The translations under genes and the position numbers were made by a program. From Candidatus Parcubacteria bacterium (GTDB lineage Bacteria > Patescibacteriota > Minisyncoccia > UBA6257 > HR35): DNA of 64,000 nucleotides. Position 1 is the stretch's first letter, and the number at the start of each line of letters is the position of its first letter. The stretch spans positions 560,527 to 624,526 of the forward strand of contig BPJG01000001.1 in assembly GCA_026004495.1 (NCBI GenBank). Direction: 5' to 3'. Below the pieces are notes generated by a model. The model was not told the DNA's origin. It saw only the letters and a program-made list of their open reading frames with translations, and did not search any database. Below, one piece after another: positions 9,090 through 19,599 of this stretch.

Positions 9090-10322
9090 ATGAATAAATT
9101 TTTAACTGAGTTAAGATATAGGTATATTTCAGTAGTGATTTTTGTTTTGATTGTTATTATTATTATTGCTTTTTTGGTAGATAGATTATTTCTTGCCAGC
9201 AAAAGAAAAAAATCACAATTACCTTGTTATAATCAAGAATTAACTATTTGGTCAACCTTTAATTTAAAAGATTTATCAAAACCTATCAAGTCTATTCAAA
9301 AATATTGTTTAAAGATTAATGTTGTTAAAAAAAATTTTGATGATATTAAAAATAATCTTCTTTTAGAAACAGCTGCTGGTCGTGGCCCTGATATTGTTTA
9401 TATTGATAATGATTTTGTTTTAAAAAACTTAAAAATTTTTGAACCCTATAAGGGAAATAAATTAGATATTGATAATTATCCTGATTCAATTATTAAATTT
9501 TTGGACAAGAAGTTAATTCTTTATCCCCTAACATTTGATATTTTAGTTTTATTTGTTAATAAGACATATTTAGCTAATATTGGTTTATATGATTATCCAA
9601 AGACTTTTGAAGAAATTGAAAACATAATTCCTCAACTAAGACAAACCAGTTTTACTTCTTTTCAATTAGCTCCTATTTCTTTAGGTCAAGCTCATAATAT
9701 TGACAATTTTGTTGAAATATTTCTAACAATTAATAAAAATCTTAATCAAGAAAATTATGCCAGCAAATCGGCAGTTGAAAATACCTTAGATTATTTATCT
9801 CAATTCATTGATCTTAATTCTAATCTTTATAGTTGGGACTATAATATGCCTAATAATATTTTGGCTTTTAGTCAAGAAAATTTAGCTCTATTGCCAGCCT
9901 TTTATTCTCAAAAAGAAAAAATTAAAAAAATAAATCCTCGATTAGAATTTGCCATCTCTAGTTTTCCTAAATTCCAAAAATCAATAAAAAAATATAATTA
10001 TTTAAAGGTTTATTATTTTGGAGTAATTAAAAATAAAAAATCAAAATATAGCTGGCTCTTTATTGAAGAATTTGATAAAAGTTATAAAGAATTTATCAAC
10101 AGTAAAGATTTAATTCCTTTAAGAAAAGATACCTTTGAAAATTTAGATAGCGAGAAAAAAACCCTAATTAATGAGCTTTTGGTTGGTGATTACTTTAATG
10201 AAGCGAATTATGAATTTTTAGTTGAAACCCTACCAAAGTATCTTGAGGGTTGGCTAAGCAACAAAGGCAATTTAAAAAATACTCTTGAAAGAGTTGATAT
10301 CTTTAAATTTTTTAAAAAATGA
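9090..10322 (+). CDS. Membrane-anchored extracellular solute-binding protein (sugar ABC SBP-like)
   Basis: N-terminal TM, LTIW, AAGRGPDIV and YPLTFDILVLFVNK. No permease or ATPase gene adjacent. Confidence 0.75.
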   Translation: MNKFLTELRYRYISVVIFVLIVIIIIAFLVDRLFLASKRKKSQLPCYNQELTIWSTFNLKDLSKPIKSIQKYCLKINVVKKNFDDIKNNLLLETAAGRGPDIVYIDNDFVLKNLKIFEPYKGNKLDIDNYPDSIIKFLDKKLILYPLTFDILVLFVNKTYLANIGLYDYPKTFEEIENIIPQLRQTSFTSFQLAPISLGQAHNIDNFVEIFLTINKNLNQENYASKSAVENTLDYLSQFIDLNSNLYSWDYNMPNNILAFSQENLALLPAFYSQKEKIKKINPRLEFAISSFPKFQKSIKKYNYLKVYYFGVIKNKKSKYSWLFIEEFDKSYKEFINSKDLIPLRKDTFENLDSEKKTLINELLVGDYFNEANYEFLVETLPKYLEGWLSNKGNLKNTLERVDIFKFFKK

Positions 10323-10693
10323 AACAAATTGTTTTTTTAGTTATTTTTCTATTGTTAATTATTAATAATTTTTCTTTAGCTCAAATTTCGGATACTGGTT
10401 TGGTTGGTAAAAAATGTGATGCGAATACAGATGAATGCACTTTAGCAGATTTTATTTCAGCCGTTCAAAGATTAATTAGATTTTTATTAATTTTAGGCTA
10501 TTGGATTGCAGCCTTGGTTGCTCTTATTGGTTCTTTTATGATGATGTTAGGGGGTGCCAAACGAGATTATCTTGATAAAGGTAGAACAATGATAATTAAT
10601 TCTCTAACATATTATGTTTTATTACTTTTAGCTGGAATTTTCTTTGATTTAATTTTAGATTTCTTAAAACCAAAAGTATTTACAGGTTATTGA
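10319..10693 (+). CDS. VirB2/TrbC-like pilin (CPR type)
   Basis: Signal peptide, a Cys pair (KCDANTDECTL) and two hydrophobic helices separated by GGAKRDYLDKGRTMI. Confidence 0.7.
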   Translation: MKQIVFLVIFLLLIINNFSLAQISDTGLVGKKCDANTDECTLADFISAVQRLIRFLLILGYWIAALVALIGSFMMMLGGAKRDYLDKGRTMIINSLTYYVLLLLAGIFFDLILDFLKPKVFTGY

Positions 10694-11136
10694 AAATGAA
10701 AAAGAATTTATTATTTTTATTAATTATTATATTTATTTTAGAGCTACCTAATTTTTATATTTATTCTCAAACTTCAAGCACTACAACTTCAAGTGCTACA
10801 AGCAATTCATCAACAATTGATGTTTTATCTCAGGATAGTTGGAAATATTTTTATAATGTTTTTAGACCCGCAGCCGATGTCTCTTGTCTTCAGGGTTCAA
10901 GCGTCTTTGAAAAAATTAATAATTGCCTTATTCGAGTTTTGTCAGCACTTCAATATTTAGCAGTTATTTTATTTTTAATTTCCTTAACAGTGATAGCTGG
11001 TTTTTTAGTTTTTTCTCCTGTTAGAAAAGATTATTTAGATATAGCTAAAAAAACTTTTTTTTGGACAATTTTAGGATTTATAATAATTTTTATAGCTCGA
11101 GAAATTCTACAAGCAATTAACCAATTAATAAGATGA
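10690..11136 (+). CDS. VirB2/TrbC-like pilin (CPR type)
   Basis: Signal peptide, S/T-rich linker, Cys pair and two TM helices flanking DYLDIAKKTFFWTILG. Confidence 0.7.
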   Translation: MKMKKNLLFLLIIIFILELPNFYIYSQTSSTTTSSATSNSSTIDVLSQDSWKYFYNVFRPAADVSCLQGSSVFEKINNCLIRVLSALQYLAVILFLISLTVIAGFLVFSPVRKDYLDIAKKTFFWTILGFIIIFIAREILQAINQLIR

Positions 11137-11242
11137 AAAAAATTGTTTTAGTAAGCAATTAATCAAGAAAAAAAAATTTAATATGGATAATAATAGGTTT
11201 TATAATTTTATTCATAGTAGAAAAAATTAGGGAATCAATAAT

Positions 11243-12604
11243 ATGGCTACCAGGAAAATAGGAATTATTATTTTATTTTTAGTACTAATTTTAATAAATA
11301 CTGCATCAGGACAAATAGAGAATATAGAAGAGCATTTTAGTAAAAAATTTAAGCAATTATTATCAAAACGGGGCGATTGTAATGTTGGCCTTGTATTGCT
11401 CGAACCTATTACAAAGTTTTTGGGAATTTATAGGATGGAGGGGTGGATAGAAGTTCTTTATAATAATAGAATAACTAAGGTAATACCACGTGACCCATTT
11501 GATGAGAAGGTTCTTTGTATTAAAACAAACTTTATACAGAATCATCAAAATCTTTTTGTAAGTCAAGCTGCTATCTTAGATAAACTTGTTCTTTATTTCG
11601 AATGGGCTAGAAATATTTTAGAAGGTACTCGATATTCATTTATTGATAGAATTATTACAAAATTTTATGGCGACCCCTATATGTCAGAACCAGCAGAAGC
11701 TCTATTAAAATCAACCCCCCCTTGTATATCAATTTTAAGAAATTTTGTAAATCGACAACCAGTAGATGCTAATTTAGTAGATAATGAAAAGGGGTTATTA
11801 CAAGATTTGTTTGAAAGAGGAATAGCAAGTGGTGCTGTAATCAGGAACGCTACATCTTACTCTTTTCAAGATGCTACTATTTCAAGAATGGTTGGGGGAG
11901 ACGAAAAATTTCAAGCTTTAAAAAGTGATACAAAGAAATTCATAACACAATTTAATAGTTTTAGTACAAGCATAGGGGAGGCATCAAAAACTTTTTTTGA
12001 GGCATATAAACAAATTTCAGCACAAGAGGAGCTAAATAATTTTGCAAAAAGTGTAGATAAATTTGTAAATGAAAATGCAACTACTGCAAGACTTTATTTA
12101 ACCTCTAATCAACAAGAAAGTACTTGCCTTCTTCTTTTAAATGTTATATTAACTGGGAAAACTCCAACAGGAAGAGATGCTTCGAACTTTAGTCAAAATA
12201 TTTTAAAACCCCAAATGGAAATGGTTTCAAGTACTATGAAAGAAATTAATAAAATTATTACTTTTCTTAATATAGCAATTATTAAAGCCGAAAGACAAGA
12301 AATACCCCTTGCTGTTATTCCGCCAATTGTTTTTAGTGATGAACATAGAGGAGCAGAATCTTTTAAACAAATTACGCCGGAAAGAATATTTAATGAGGTT
12401 AGAGATTTTATTTTTAATTTATCACCTATTATTTTTATTTTACTTTTAATTATTGGAGCAATATTTTATATTCTTTCGCCTATTAAAATTGAATATCTTA
12501 AAATAGGTTCAGAATATATTAAATGGGCAGTTATAGGTTATTTTGTTTTATTGGTTATTTCAGCTATTTTTATGGCTCTTAGAATAATTTTCGGCGGACC
12601 ATAA
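11243..12604 (+). CDS. Secreted protein with a large N-terminal domain and C-terminal pilin-like module
   Basis: Signal peptide, about 350 aa of soluble sequence, then IFILLLIIGAIFYILSP..EYLKIGSEYIKWAVIG, matching the two upstream pilins. Confidence 0.7.
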   Translation: MATRKIGIIILFLVLILINTASGQIENIEEHFSKKFKQLLSKRGDCNVGLVLLEPITKFLGIYRMEGWIEVLYNNRITKVIPRDPFDEKVLCIKTNFIQNHQNLFVSQAAILDKLVLYFEWARNILEGTRYSFIDRIITKFYGDPYMSEPAEALLKSTPPCISILRNFVNRQPVDANLVDNEKGLLQDLFERGIASGAVIRNATSYSFQDATISRMVGGDEKFQALKSDTKKFITQFNSFSTSIGEASKTFFEAYKQISAQEELNNFAKSVDKFVNENATTARLYLTSNQQESTCLLLLNVILTGKTPTGRDASNFSQNILKPQMEMVSSTMKEINKIITFLNIAIIKAERQEIPLAVIPPIVFSDEHRGAESFKQITPERIFNEVRDFIFNLSPIIFILLLIIGAIFYILSPIKIEYLKIGSEYIKWAVIGYFVLLVISAIFMALRIIFGGP

Positions 12605-12609
12605 AATTT

Positions 12610-13905
12610 ATGATTTCTAATATTTTCTTTTTCTTTTCTTTTTTCTTTATTTTAGGTATATTTTCTAAATATTATTTTAGCTTATGGTTTATTTTGGCAC
12701 CCTTGATTTTAATATTATTTTTAAGATACAAATTTTTAGCTATTATTTTTTGTTTAGCTTTTTTATTAGGCGGTGGTTATTTGGTAGTTTATCAAAATTT
12801 TAAGTCTAAATCTTCGGATGATTCTATTGTAATTTCTCGTGAGCTTCCTTCAACTAATTATTTTAAAAAATATTTAGGCGAATTTAAAGGTAAGAATTAT
12901 TTTATTTATTTACCTTATTATTATGATAAATTATATCCTCAAGATAAAATAAATGCTGTCTTTACTATGGTTGAAGATAGAATTTTTATTCAAGATTTAT
13001 TTGGAGTTAAAAAATCAATCTATTATCCAATTTATAAATTTCGTGATTATATCAATAGTTTAATTGATAAAAATTATTCTTTAGCAACAAGTGAAATTAT
13101 TGGTGGAATTTTATACGGTCGAGAAATTAATGATAAAGATATTAGAGAAAATCTAAGAAAATCAGGTTTAAGCCATATTACCGCTATGTCTGGTTATAAT
13201 TTAATTGTTCTCTCTCTATTTATAAATCGATTATTTAAGTTTTTGCCTGTAAGTTTTTTAATTAATAATATATTTACAATTTTAATCATTTTAATTTTTA
13301 TAGTTTTTACTGGTTTTCAATCTTCAGTTATTAGAGCAGGAATAATGATGGTTGTTTTTATTACTTCTAAATTAATTGGTAAACCAAGTCTTCGAAGAAA
13401 TGTTATTATTTTTACTGCTTTATTGATAACCTTTTTTAATCCCTTGGCTTTAATTAATGATTTGGGCTTTCAACTTTCTTTATTGGCAACAATAGGAATT
13501 ATTTATTTCGAAGAATTTTTAAGAAATTTTCTAAAATTTAAATTTTTAAGCGAAACAATTTCAGCTCAAATTTTGGTTTTACCATTAATTTGGTATAAAT
13601 TTAGTGAATTTAATATTTTTTCTTTTTTCAATAATGCTCTTATTATTTCTTTTATCCCCTTTATGATGCTTTTAGGGTTTTTGGCTATATTATTCTATTT
13701 TTTCTATCCAGTTAATCAAATTTTTAATTTACCTTTTTTAATTTTCCTTAAATTAATTGGCTATTTAGCTAATTTTCCTAAAATTTATTTTCCCTTACCT
13801 TTATTAATAATTATTGCGATTTATTTTTTTATTTTTTTATTAATTTTTAAAATTAATCGTAATGAAAATATTGACTTTAATTTTAAGCTTAACAATCATT
13901 ATTAA
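12610..13905 (+). CDS. comEC: ComEC/Rec2 competence channel, membrane domain
   Basis: SGLSHITAMSGYN, SVIRAGIM and DLGFQLS. Confidence 0.9.
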   Translation: MISNIFFFFSFFFILGIFSKYYFSLWFILAPLILILFLRYKFLAIIFCLAFLLGGGYLVVYQNFKSKSSDDSIVISRELPSTNYFKKYLGEFKGKNYFIYLPYYYDKLYPQDKINAVFTMVEDRIFIQDLFGVKKSIYYPIYKFRDYINSLIDKNYSLATSEIIGGILYGREINDKDIRENLRKSGLSHITAMSGYNLIVLSLFINRLFKFLPVSFLINNIFTILIILIFIVFTGFQSSVIRAGIMMVVFITSKLIGKPSLRRNVIIFTALLITFFNPLALINDLGFQLSLLATIGIIYFEEFLRNFLKFKFLSETISAQILVLPLIWYKFSEFNIFSFFNNALIISFIPFMMLLGFLAILFYFFYPVNQIFNLPFLIFLKLIGYLANFPKIYFPLPLLIIIAIYFFIFLLIFKINRNENIDFNFKLNNHY

Positions 13906-14656
13906 TTTATTTTTATTTTGGTATATCTTTGATAATCTAAAAACAGACAGCTTTGTTGCTTTTTTGGATGTTGGCCAAGGAAGTAGTGTTTTAGTTTTTA
14001 ATTCTAAACTAAAGCTTCTTTATGATGTTGGACCTTATGGCTTAAAGACAATTAATGAATTAAATAAACTAACTAAAATTTATAATAGAACCCTGGATGT
14101 TGTTTTTATTTCCCATCCTGACAGAGATCATTATGGAGGCATTTTTGATATTATTGAAAGATATAAAATAAGATTGATTATAATTAATCCTTATCTATCA
14201 TCAGAATCTGGTTATTTAAAATTTTTAGAATTAATTAAAAATAAAAATATTCCTTTTATTACTCTTAAGGCTGGCGATTATCTTGAATCAAATTTTGAGA
14301 AAATTTTTATTGTTCATCCAGATAAAAGATATAAAAATGATAATCAGAATTCATTAGTTCTTAAAATATTAAAGAATGGAAAAGAATTTTTATTAACCGG
14401 TGATATTGATCAAAAAATTGAAAAACATTTGATTGAAAAATATGGTAAAAATATAAAAGCAGATTATTTACTTATTCCTCATCATGGTTCTAAATATTCT
14501 TCTAATCAATATTTTTTGTCTAATTTTAATTATGCCATTATTCAAGTCGGACAAAATAAATATAACCACCCCCACTTAGAGGTTATTGAAAGATTAAATA
14601 AAATGAATTTACCCTATTGGCGAACTGATTTAAATGGAATATTTATGGTAAAATAG
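13862..14656 (+). CDS. ComEC-associated MBL-fold domain encoded as a separate gene
   Basis: FLDVGQG, SHPDRDHYGG, LTGD, PHHGS, YNHP and RTD. Confidence 0.9.
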   Translation: MKILTLILSLTIIINLFLFWYIFDNLKTDSFVAFLDVGQGSSVLVFNSKLKLLYDVGPYGLKTINELNKLTKIYNRTLDVVFISHPDRDHYGGIFDIIERYKIRLIIINPYLSSESGYLKFLELIKNKNIPFITLKAGDYLESNFEKIFIVHPDKRYKNDNQNSLVLKILKNGKEFLLTGDIDQKIEKHLIEKYGKNIKADYLLIPHHGSKYSSNQYFLSNFNYAIIQVGQNKYNHPHLEVIERLNKMNLPYWRTDLNGIFMVK

Positions 14657-14661
14657 AAATT

Positions 14662-16086
14662 ATGAAAGATTTATTTATTAGTGAAACTTTAAACAAAATA
14701 GGTGAAAAGGTACGACTTTTAGGTTGGGTCAATTCAGTTCGTTCTCATGGTAATTTAATTTTTTTTGATTTGCGCGATAGAAGCGATATTATTCAATGCG
14801 TTGTTTTAAAAAATAGTCCTGCCCTTGAAATTGCTAAAGAGATAAAAGAAGAAGATATTATTGAAATAACAGGAGAAGTAAAACAAAGAGAAGAAAAATT
14901 ATTTAATCCTAAAATTTTAACGGGTAAAATTGAATTGTTGGTAGATGAGATAAAAATTTTATCGAAAGCAAAAATATTACCATTTTCTATAGAGGGTGAT
15001 GGTTATGATATTAATGAAGAAATAAGATTAAAATATCGTTATCTTGATTTAAGAAGAAAAAGATTGCAAAAAAATTTGATTAATAGACATCAGGTTATTT
15101 TATTTATTCGTAATTGGCTCAATCAACGAGGATTTATTGAAATTGAAACTCCGATATTAACTAAATCCACTCCAGAAGGTGCTAGAGATTATTTAGTTCC
15201 TTCTCGTTTGCATAAAGGAAAATTTTATGCTCTACCTCAATCACCTCAGCAATATAAACAATTATTAATGATTGCTGGCATAGAAAGATATTTTCAGATT
15301 GCCAGATGTTTTCGCGATGAAGATTCAAGAGGTGATCGACAGCCAGAATTTACTCAACTTGATTTAGAAATGAGCTTTATTCAACGTGATGATATTTTGA
15401 ACTTAATTGAAAATTTATTTATTGATTTAGTTAAAAATTTATATCCACAAAAAAAGATAACCAAAATTCCATTTCCTAGATTAACCTATAATGAAGTTAT
15501 TAAAAAATTTAAGACTGATAAACCTGATTTAAGAGAAGATAAAAATAATCCTAATGAATTAGCTTTTTGTTTTATTATTGATTTTCCAATGTTTGAAGTT
15601 TTAGAAGATGGAAGCTTAAATCCAATGCATCATCCTTTTACTCAGCCTAAATTAAAAGATGAAAAATTTAATAAAGAAAAAATAATAAATAAGTTAAAAC
15701 ATAATCCCTTAGAACTTTTAAGCGAACAATATGATTTCGTTTGTAATGGTTATGAAATTGGTGGAGGCAGTATTAGAACTACAAATAAAGATATTTTAAT
15801 AGAAGTTTTTAAAGTATTAGGTCACCAAGAACAAGATATTTATAATAAATTTGGACATTTAATTAATGCCTTTGATTATGGTGTACCTCCTCATGGAGGT
15901 ATAGCGCCTGGATTGGATAGGATTTTGATGATTTTAGAAAATGAGGCAAATATTCGCGAAGTAATTGCCTTTCCTAAGACAGGTGAAGGTAGAGATTTAA
16001 TGATGAATTCACCTGCTGAAGTTGAAATTAATCAATTAAATGAATTAGGGATAGAAATAAAATTAAACAAAGAAGATAGTGATTAA
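14662..16086 (+). CDS. aspS: Aspartate--tRNA ligase (short form without the GAD insertion)
   Basis: RLKYRYLDLR, PEGARD, LPQSPQQYKQ, RQPEFTQ and PPHGG. Confidence 0.97.
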   Translation: MKDLFISETLNKIGEKVRLLGWVNSVRSHGNLIFFDLRDRSDIIQCVVLKNSPALEIAKEIKEEDIIEITGEVKQREEKLFNPKILTGKIELLVDEIKILSKAKILPFSIEGDGYDINEEIRLKYRYLDLRRKRLQKNLINRHQVILFIRNWLNQRGFIEIETPILTKSTPEGARDYLVPSRLHKGKFYALPQSPQQYKQLLMIAGIERYFQIARCFRDEDSRGDRQPEFTQLDLEMSFIQRDDILNLIENLFIDLVKNLYPQKKITKIPFPRLTYNEVIKKFKTDKPDLREDKNNPNELAFCFIIDFPMFEVLEDGSLNPMHHPFTQPKLKDEKFNKEKIINKLKHNPLELLSEQYDFVCNGYEIGGGSIRTTNKDILIEVFKVLGHQEQDIYNKFGHLINAFDYGVPPHGGIAPGLDRILMILENEANIREVIAFPKTGEGRDLMMNSPAEVEINQLNELGIEIKLNKEDSD

Positions 16087-16113
16087 ATATTTTTATTTTT
16101 TTATATTTTTATA

Positions 16114-16141
16114 TTGAAAAAATTTTTGATTTTGTTATAAT
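16114..16141 (+). promoter_or_regulatory. Putative promoter of the rplB-secY operon
   Basis: TTGAAA, 16 bp, TATAAT, with an extended -10 TG, in the aspS-rplB gap. Confidence 0.5.
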
Positions 16142-16217
16142 TTAAAATTAGGATAAATATTTTTATTTAAACTACTAAATTTAAAGGAGTTATTAATTTA
16201 TCAAAAATTTTTTATTT

Positions 16218-17054
16218 ATGGCATTAAAAATAGTAAAATCAAGAGGACCAGGTAAAAGAGTAGCAATATTTGTTGATTATAAGAAAGTTTTGACAGCAAA
16301 GGAACCATATAAACCTTTAGTTGTTGCTTTAAAAAAAAGAACTGCACGAAATAATCAAGGTAGAATAACTACGCGTTTTAGAAAAAATCCTGCTCATCGA
16401 AGATTATATCGTCTTGTTGATTTTTCTCGTTTAGACAGAAAAGATATTTCAGCTAAAGTAGAAACAATTGAATACGATCCCAATCGAACTGCTTTTATAA
16501 TGTTAGTTTGCTATCGTGATGGTGAGAGAAGATATCATTTAGCTCCTGAAGGTATTAATGTTGGTGATGAGATAATTTGTTCTGAATCAGCACCAATAAA
16601 AATAGGTAATCGTTTACCATTAAAAAATATTCCACCCGGTACAGAAATTTATGAAGTTGAATTAGTTCCTCAGGGTAAGGGTAAATTAATTAGATCAGCT
16701 GGTTCAGCTGGTGTGATAATGGGTTGTGACGAAAAACATGCAACTATCAAAATGCCTTCAGGTGAAATTAGAAAGGTCTCTAAAGAATGTTATGCTACTA
16801 TTGGTAGGGTTTCTAATATTGATCATAGAAATATTCGTTTAGGTAAAGCTGGAAGAAAGATTTGGAAAGGTTTTAGGCCAAATGTTAGAGGAAGTGCAAT
16901 GAACCCTCGTGATCATCCTTATGGTGGAGGCGAAGGTAGAGCTCCAAGAGGAACAAGAAAGCCAAAAACTAAATGGGGTAAAATTACTGGAGGTCGTAAA
17001 ACAAGAAGAAAAAGAAATCCTTATTCCAGGTTAATTATTAAAAGAAGAAAATAA
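16218..17054 (+). CDS. rplB: 50S ribosomal protein L2
   Basis: [13 protein letters not shown] and [17 protein letters not shown]. Confidence 0.99.
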   Translation: MALKIVKSRGPGKRVAIFVDYKKVLTAKEPYKPLVVALKKRTARNNQGRITTRFRKNPAHRRLYRLVDFSRLDRKDISAKVETIEYDPNRTAFIMLVCYRDGERRYHLAPEGINVGDEIICSESAPIKIGNRLPLKNIPPGTEIYEVELVPQGKGKLIRSAGSAGVIMGCDEKHATIKMPSGEIRKVSKECYATIGRVSNIDHRNIRLGKAGRKIWKGFRPNVRGSAMNPRDHPYGGGEGRAPRGTRKPKTKWGKITGGRKTRRKRNPYSRLIIKRRK

Positions 17055-17055
17055 A

Positions 17056-17361
17056 ATGGGTAGAAGTGTTAAAAAGGGTCCATATGTTGAACCAAAATTA
17101 TTAAAAAAAGTTAAAAAATTATTAAAATTACCACTAGAACAGAGAGATAAGCATACAATTAGAACATGGTCAAGAGATTCGATGATTATACCAGAAATGA
17201 TAGGAATGCTTTTTGAGGTTCATAACGGCAAACAATTTATTGCTGTTAAAATTATTGAGGATATGGTAGGCCATAGATTAGGAGAATTTGCACCAACAAG
17301 AAAATTCATTAAACATGGTGGTAAATTACAAAGAGAGTTAGAAAGAAAAAAATCAACATAG
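17056..17361 (+). CDS. rpsS: 30S ribosomal protein S19
   Basis: RTWSR, VHNGK and [11 protein letters not shown]. Confidence 0.99.
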   Translation: MGRSVKKGPYVEPKLLKKVKKLLKLPLEQRDKHTIRTWSRDSMIIPEMIGMLFEVHNGKQFIAVKIIEDMVGHRLGEFAPTRKFIKHGGKLQRELERKKST

Positions 17362-17386
17362 ATTATGTTAAAATATCTTATAATAA

Positions 17387-17725
17387 ATGATTAAAGTGCA
17401 TTTGCGTTATCTTAATATTTCACCAAGAAAGGTAAGAATGGTTGTTAATATGATAAAGGGTATGGATGTTATAATAGCAGAAAAGCAATTATTGTTTTCA
17501 CCTAAAAGATCAGCGAAAAATTTATTAAAATTATTAAAACATGCTATTGATGTAGCAGAGAAACAAAAAAAAATAAAAAAAGAGGATTTATTTATTAAAA
17601 ATATTATAGTTAATGAAGGCCCTAAGCAAAAAAGATTTAGGGCAATGTCTAGAGGCCATGTTGGTCGAATTATTAAAAGAACATCACATATTACGTTAGA
17701 ATTAGATAAAAAAAATGGGTCATAA
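17387..17725 (+). CDS. rplV: 50S ribosomal protein L22
   Basis: ISPRKVR and KRTSHIT, plus synteny. Confidence 0.98.
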   Translation: MIKVHLRYLNISPRKVRMVVNMIKGMDVIIAEKQLLFSPKRSAKNLLKLLKHAIDVAEKQKKIKKEDLFIKNIIVNEGPKQKRFRAMSRGHVGRIIKRTSHITLELDKKNGS

Positions 17726-18392
17726 AGTTTCTCCTTATGCCAATAGATTAGGGATAAATGAATACTGGAAATCAAAATGGTTTTTTAAGAAGAACTTTAG
17801 TGTGTTTTTAGAGGCTGATTATATTATCAGAAATTTAATCAATGAAAAATTGGGTAAAAATGCTGGAATTGCTGAAATAATAATCGAAAGAAAGGATCAA
17901 GATCATTGCAAGGTAATAATTAGAACAGCTAAACCTGGCAACGTTATTGGAAGAGATGGAAAAAAACTAAAAAAAATTCAACAAGAAATAAATAAAAAAT
18001 TAGATAGTTTATTTAAAAAACATAAATTAAATCCACCTGCTCTAGAAATTGTAATTGAGGAAGTAAAAAAGCCTTATCTTTATGCTAGTTTTTTATCTCA
18101 ATTAATAGCTTTAGATATTGAAAAGAATAAACCAGTAAGAGGAGTGATAAAAAAGATAATTGAAAAGGCAAAACAATATAAAGAAATAGAGGGGATTAAA
18201 ATTAATGTTTCAGGAAGAATAGGCGGAGCAAGTATTCATAGGACAGAAAAAATTAGTTGGGGAAAATTACCATTATCAACTTTAAAAGCAAAAATTGATT
18301 ATTCTTTATCAGAAGCTTTAACTAAATATGGAATTATTGGAGTAAAAGTTTGGTTATATAAGGGCGAAAGTAATGAACTGAAAGAAGATTAA
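17715..18392 (+). CDS. rpsC: 30S ribosomal protein S3
   Basis: MGHKV, PG.VIG, SGRIGG and YGIIGVKVW. Confidence 0.98.
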   Translation: MGHKVSPYANRLGINEYWKSKWFFKKNFSVFLEADYIIRNLINEKLGKNAGIAEIIIERKDQDHCKVIIRTAKPGNVIGRDGKKLKKIQQEINKKLDSLFKKHKLNPPALEIVIEEVKKPYLYASFLSQLIALDIEKNKPVRGVIKKIIEKAKQYKEIEGIKINVSGRIGGASIHRTEKISWGKLPLSTLKAKIDYSLSEALTKYGIIGVKVWLYKGESNELKED

Positions 18393-18394
18393 TA

Positions 18395-18814
18395 ATGTTA
18401 CAGCCAGCTAAGCTAAAACATCGTAAATGGATGAAAGGTAAAAGATTAAAAGAAGGAATTGCTACTTCTAATATAGATTTAAATTTCGGCAATTATGGTT
18501 TAAAAAGTTTAGAAAATAAGTATCTTAAAAATATGCAGATAGAAGCTGCCTTAAAAGAAATAAAAAGAATTTTAAGTAAGAAAGGTAGAGTTTGGTTGAA
18601 AATATTTCCTTACTTAAGCAGAACAAAAAAAGCTGAAGGTGTTAGAATGGGAGGTGGTAAAGGTGATATAGATCATTATGCTACTTTAGTAAGACCAGGG
18701 ACTATAATATTTGAAATTGAAACTAATAATAATGATTTAGCGATTAAAGCTTTAAAATCAGCTAGTTGTAAATTACCTATTAAAACGAAAATAATTGTTA
18801 AAGATGAAAGCTAA
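18395..18814 (+). CDS. rplP: 50S ribosomal protein L16
   Basis: MLQP and RMGGGKG. Confidence 0.98.
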   Translation: MLQPAKLKHRKWMKGKRLKEGIATSNIDLNFGNYGLKSLENKYLKNMQIEAALKEIKRILSKKGRVWLKIFPYLSRTKKAEGVRMGGGKGDIDHYATLVRPGTIIFEIETNNNDLAIKALKSASCKLPIKTKIIVKDES

Positions 18815-18998
18815 AGATTTAAAGTTAAAATCATTATCAGAATTACAAAAATTATTGAACGAAGAAAAGAATAAATTATTTAATTTAAAATTACAAAAAA
18901 AGTTAAATAAATTAAAACAGGTTCATTTAATAAAATTTACAAAAAAAAATATTGCTAGAATTTTAACCATTATTAAGGAAAAAACAAAAAATGGCTAG
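18804..18998 (+). CDS. rpmC: 50S ribosomal protein L29
   Basis: KKNIARILT, plus synteny. ATG at 18804. Confidence 0.95.
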   Translation: MKAKDLKLKSLSELQKLLNEEKNKLFNLKLQKKLNKLKQVHLIKFTKKNIARILTIIKEKTKNG

Positions 18999-19254
18999 AA
19001 AAAGAGTTATTGGAAAGGTAATTTCAAATAAAATGCAAAAAACAATCGTTATTGTGAGTGAAATTTTAAAGAAACATAAATTATATGGAAAGTATATTAG
19101 ACATAAAACTAAATATTATGTTCATGATGAAAAGAATATAGCTAAGATAGGAGATAGAGTTTTGATCGAATTTACTAGACCTATATCTAAATTAAAAAAT
19201 TGGAGATTAGTTAAAATTTTAAATAACGATGATTCAAAACAGAACAATTCTTAA
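18991..19254 (+). CDS. rpsQ: 30S ribosomal protein S17
   Basis: KMQKTIV, VHDE and RPISKLKNW. Confidence 0.98.
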   Translation: MARKRVIGKVISNKMQKTIVIVSEILKKHKLYGKYIRHKTKYYVHDEKNIAKIGDRVLIEFTRPISKLKNWRLVKILNNDDSKQNNS

Positions 19255-19597
19255 ATTAGCAGATAATTCAGGAGCAGTGAAGCTGATGTGTATTGGTTTT
19301 ATTGGAATTGGTAATAGAAATAGTGCTAAGATTGGAGATATTATTGTTTGTTCAGTAAAGGAAGCAGAGCCTGGAAAACAGGTTAAAAAAGGACAAGTTG
19401 TAAAAGCAGTTGTGGTTAGACAAAAAAAGCCATATCTTAGAAGCAATGGGAGTTGGATTAGATTTGACGAAAATGCTGCTGTTATTATTGATAATAAAAA
19501 TGAACCCCTAGGCAATAGAATATTTGGTCCTATACCTAGAGAAATTAAAGAAAAAGGTTTTAATAAAATAGCTAATTTAGCGCCACAATTAGTTTAA
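19229..19597 (+). CDS. rplN: 50S ribosomal protein L14
   Basis: ADNSGA, FDENAAV and RIFGP. Confidence 0.99.
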   Translation: MIQNRTILKLADNSGAVKLMCIGFIGIGNRNSAKIGDIIVCSVKEAEPGKQVKKGQVVKAVVVRQKKPYLRSNGSWIRFDENAAVIIDNKNEPLGNRIFGPIPREIKEKGFNKIANLAPQLV

Positions 19598-19599
19598 TA

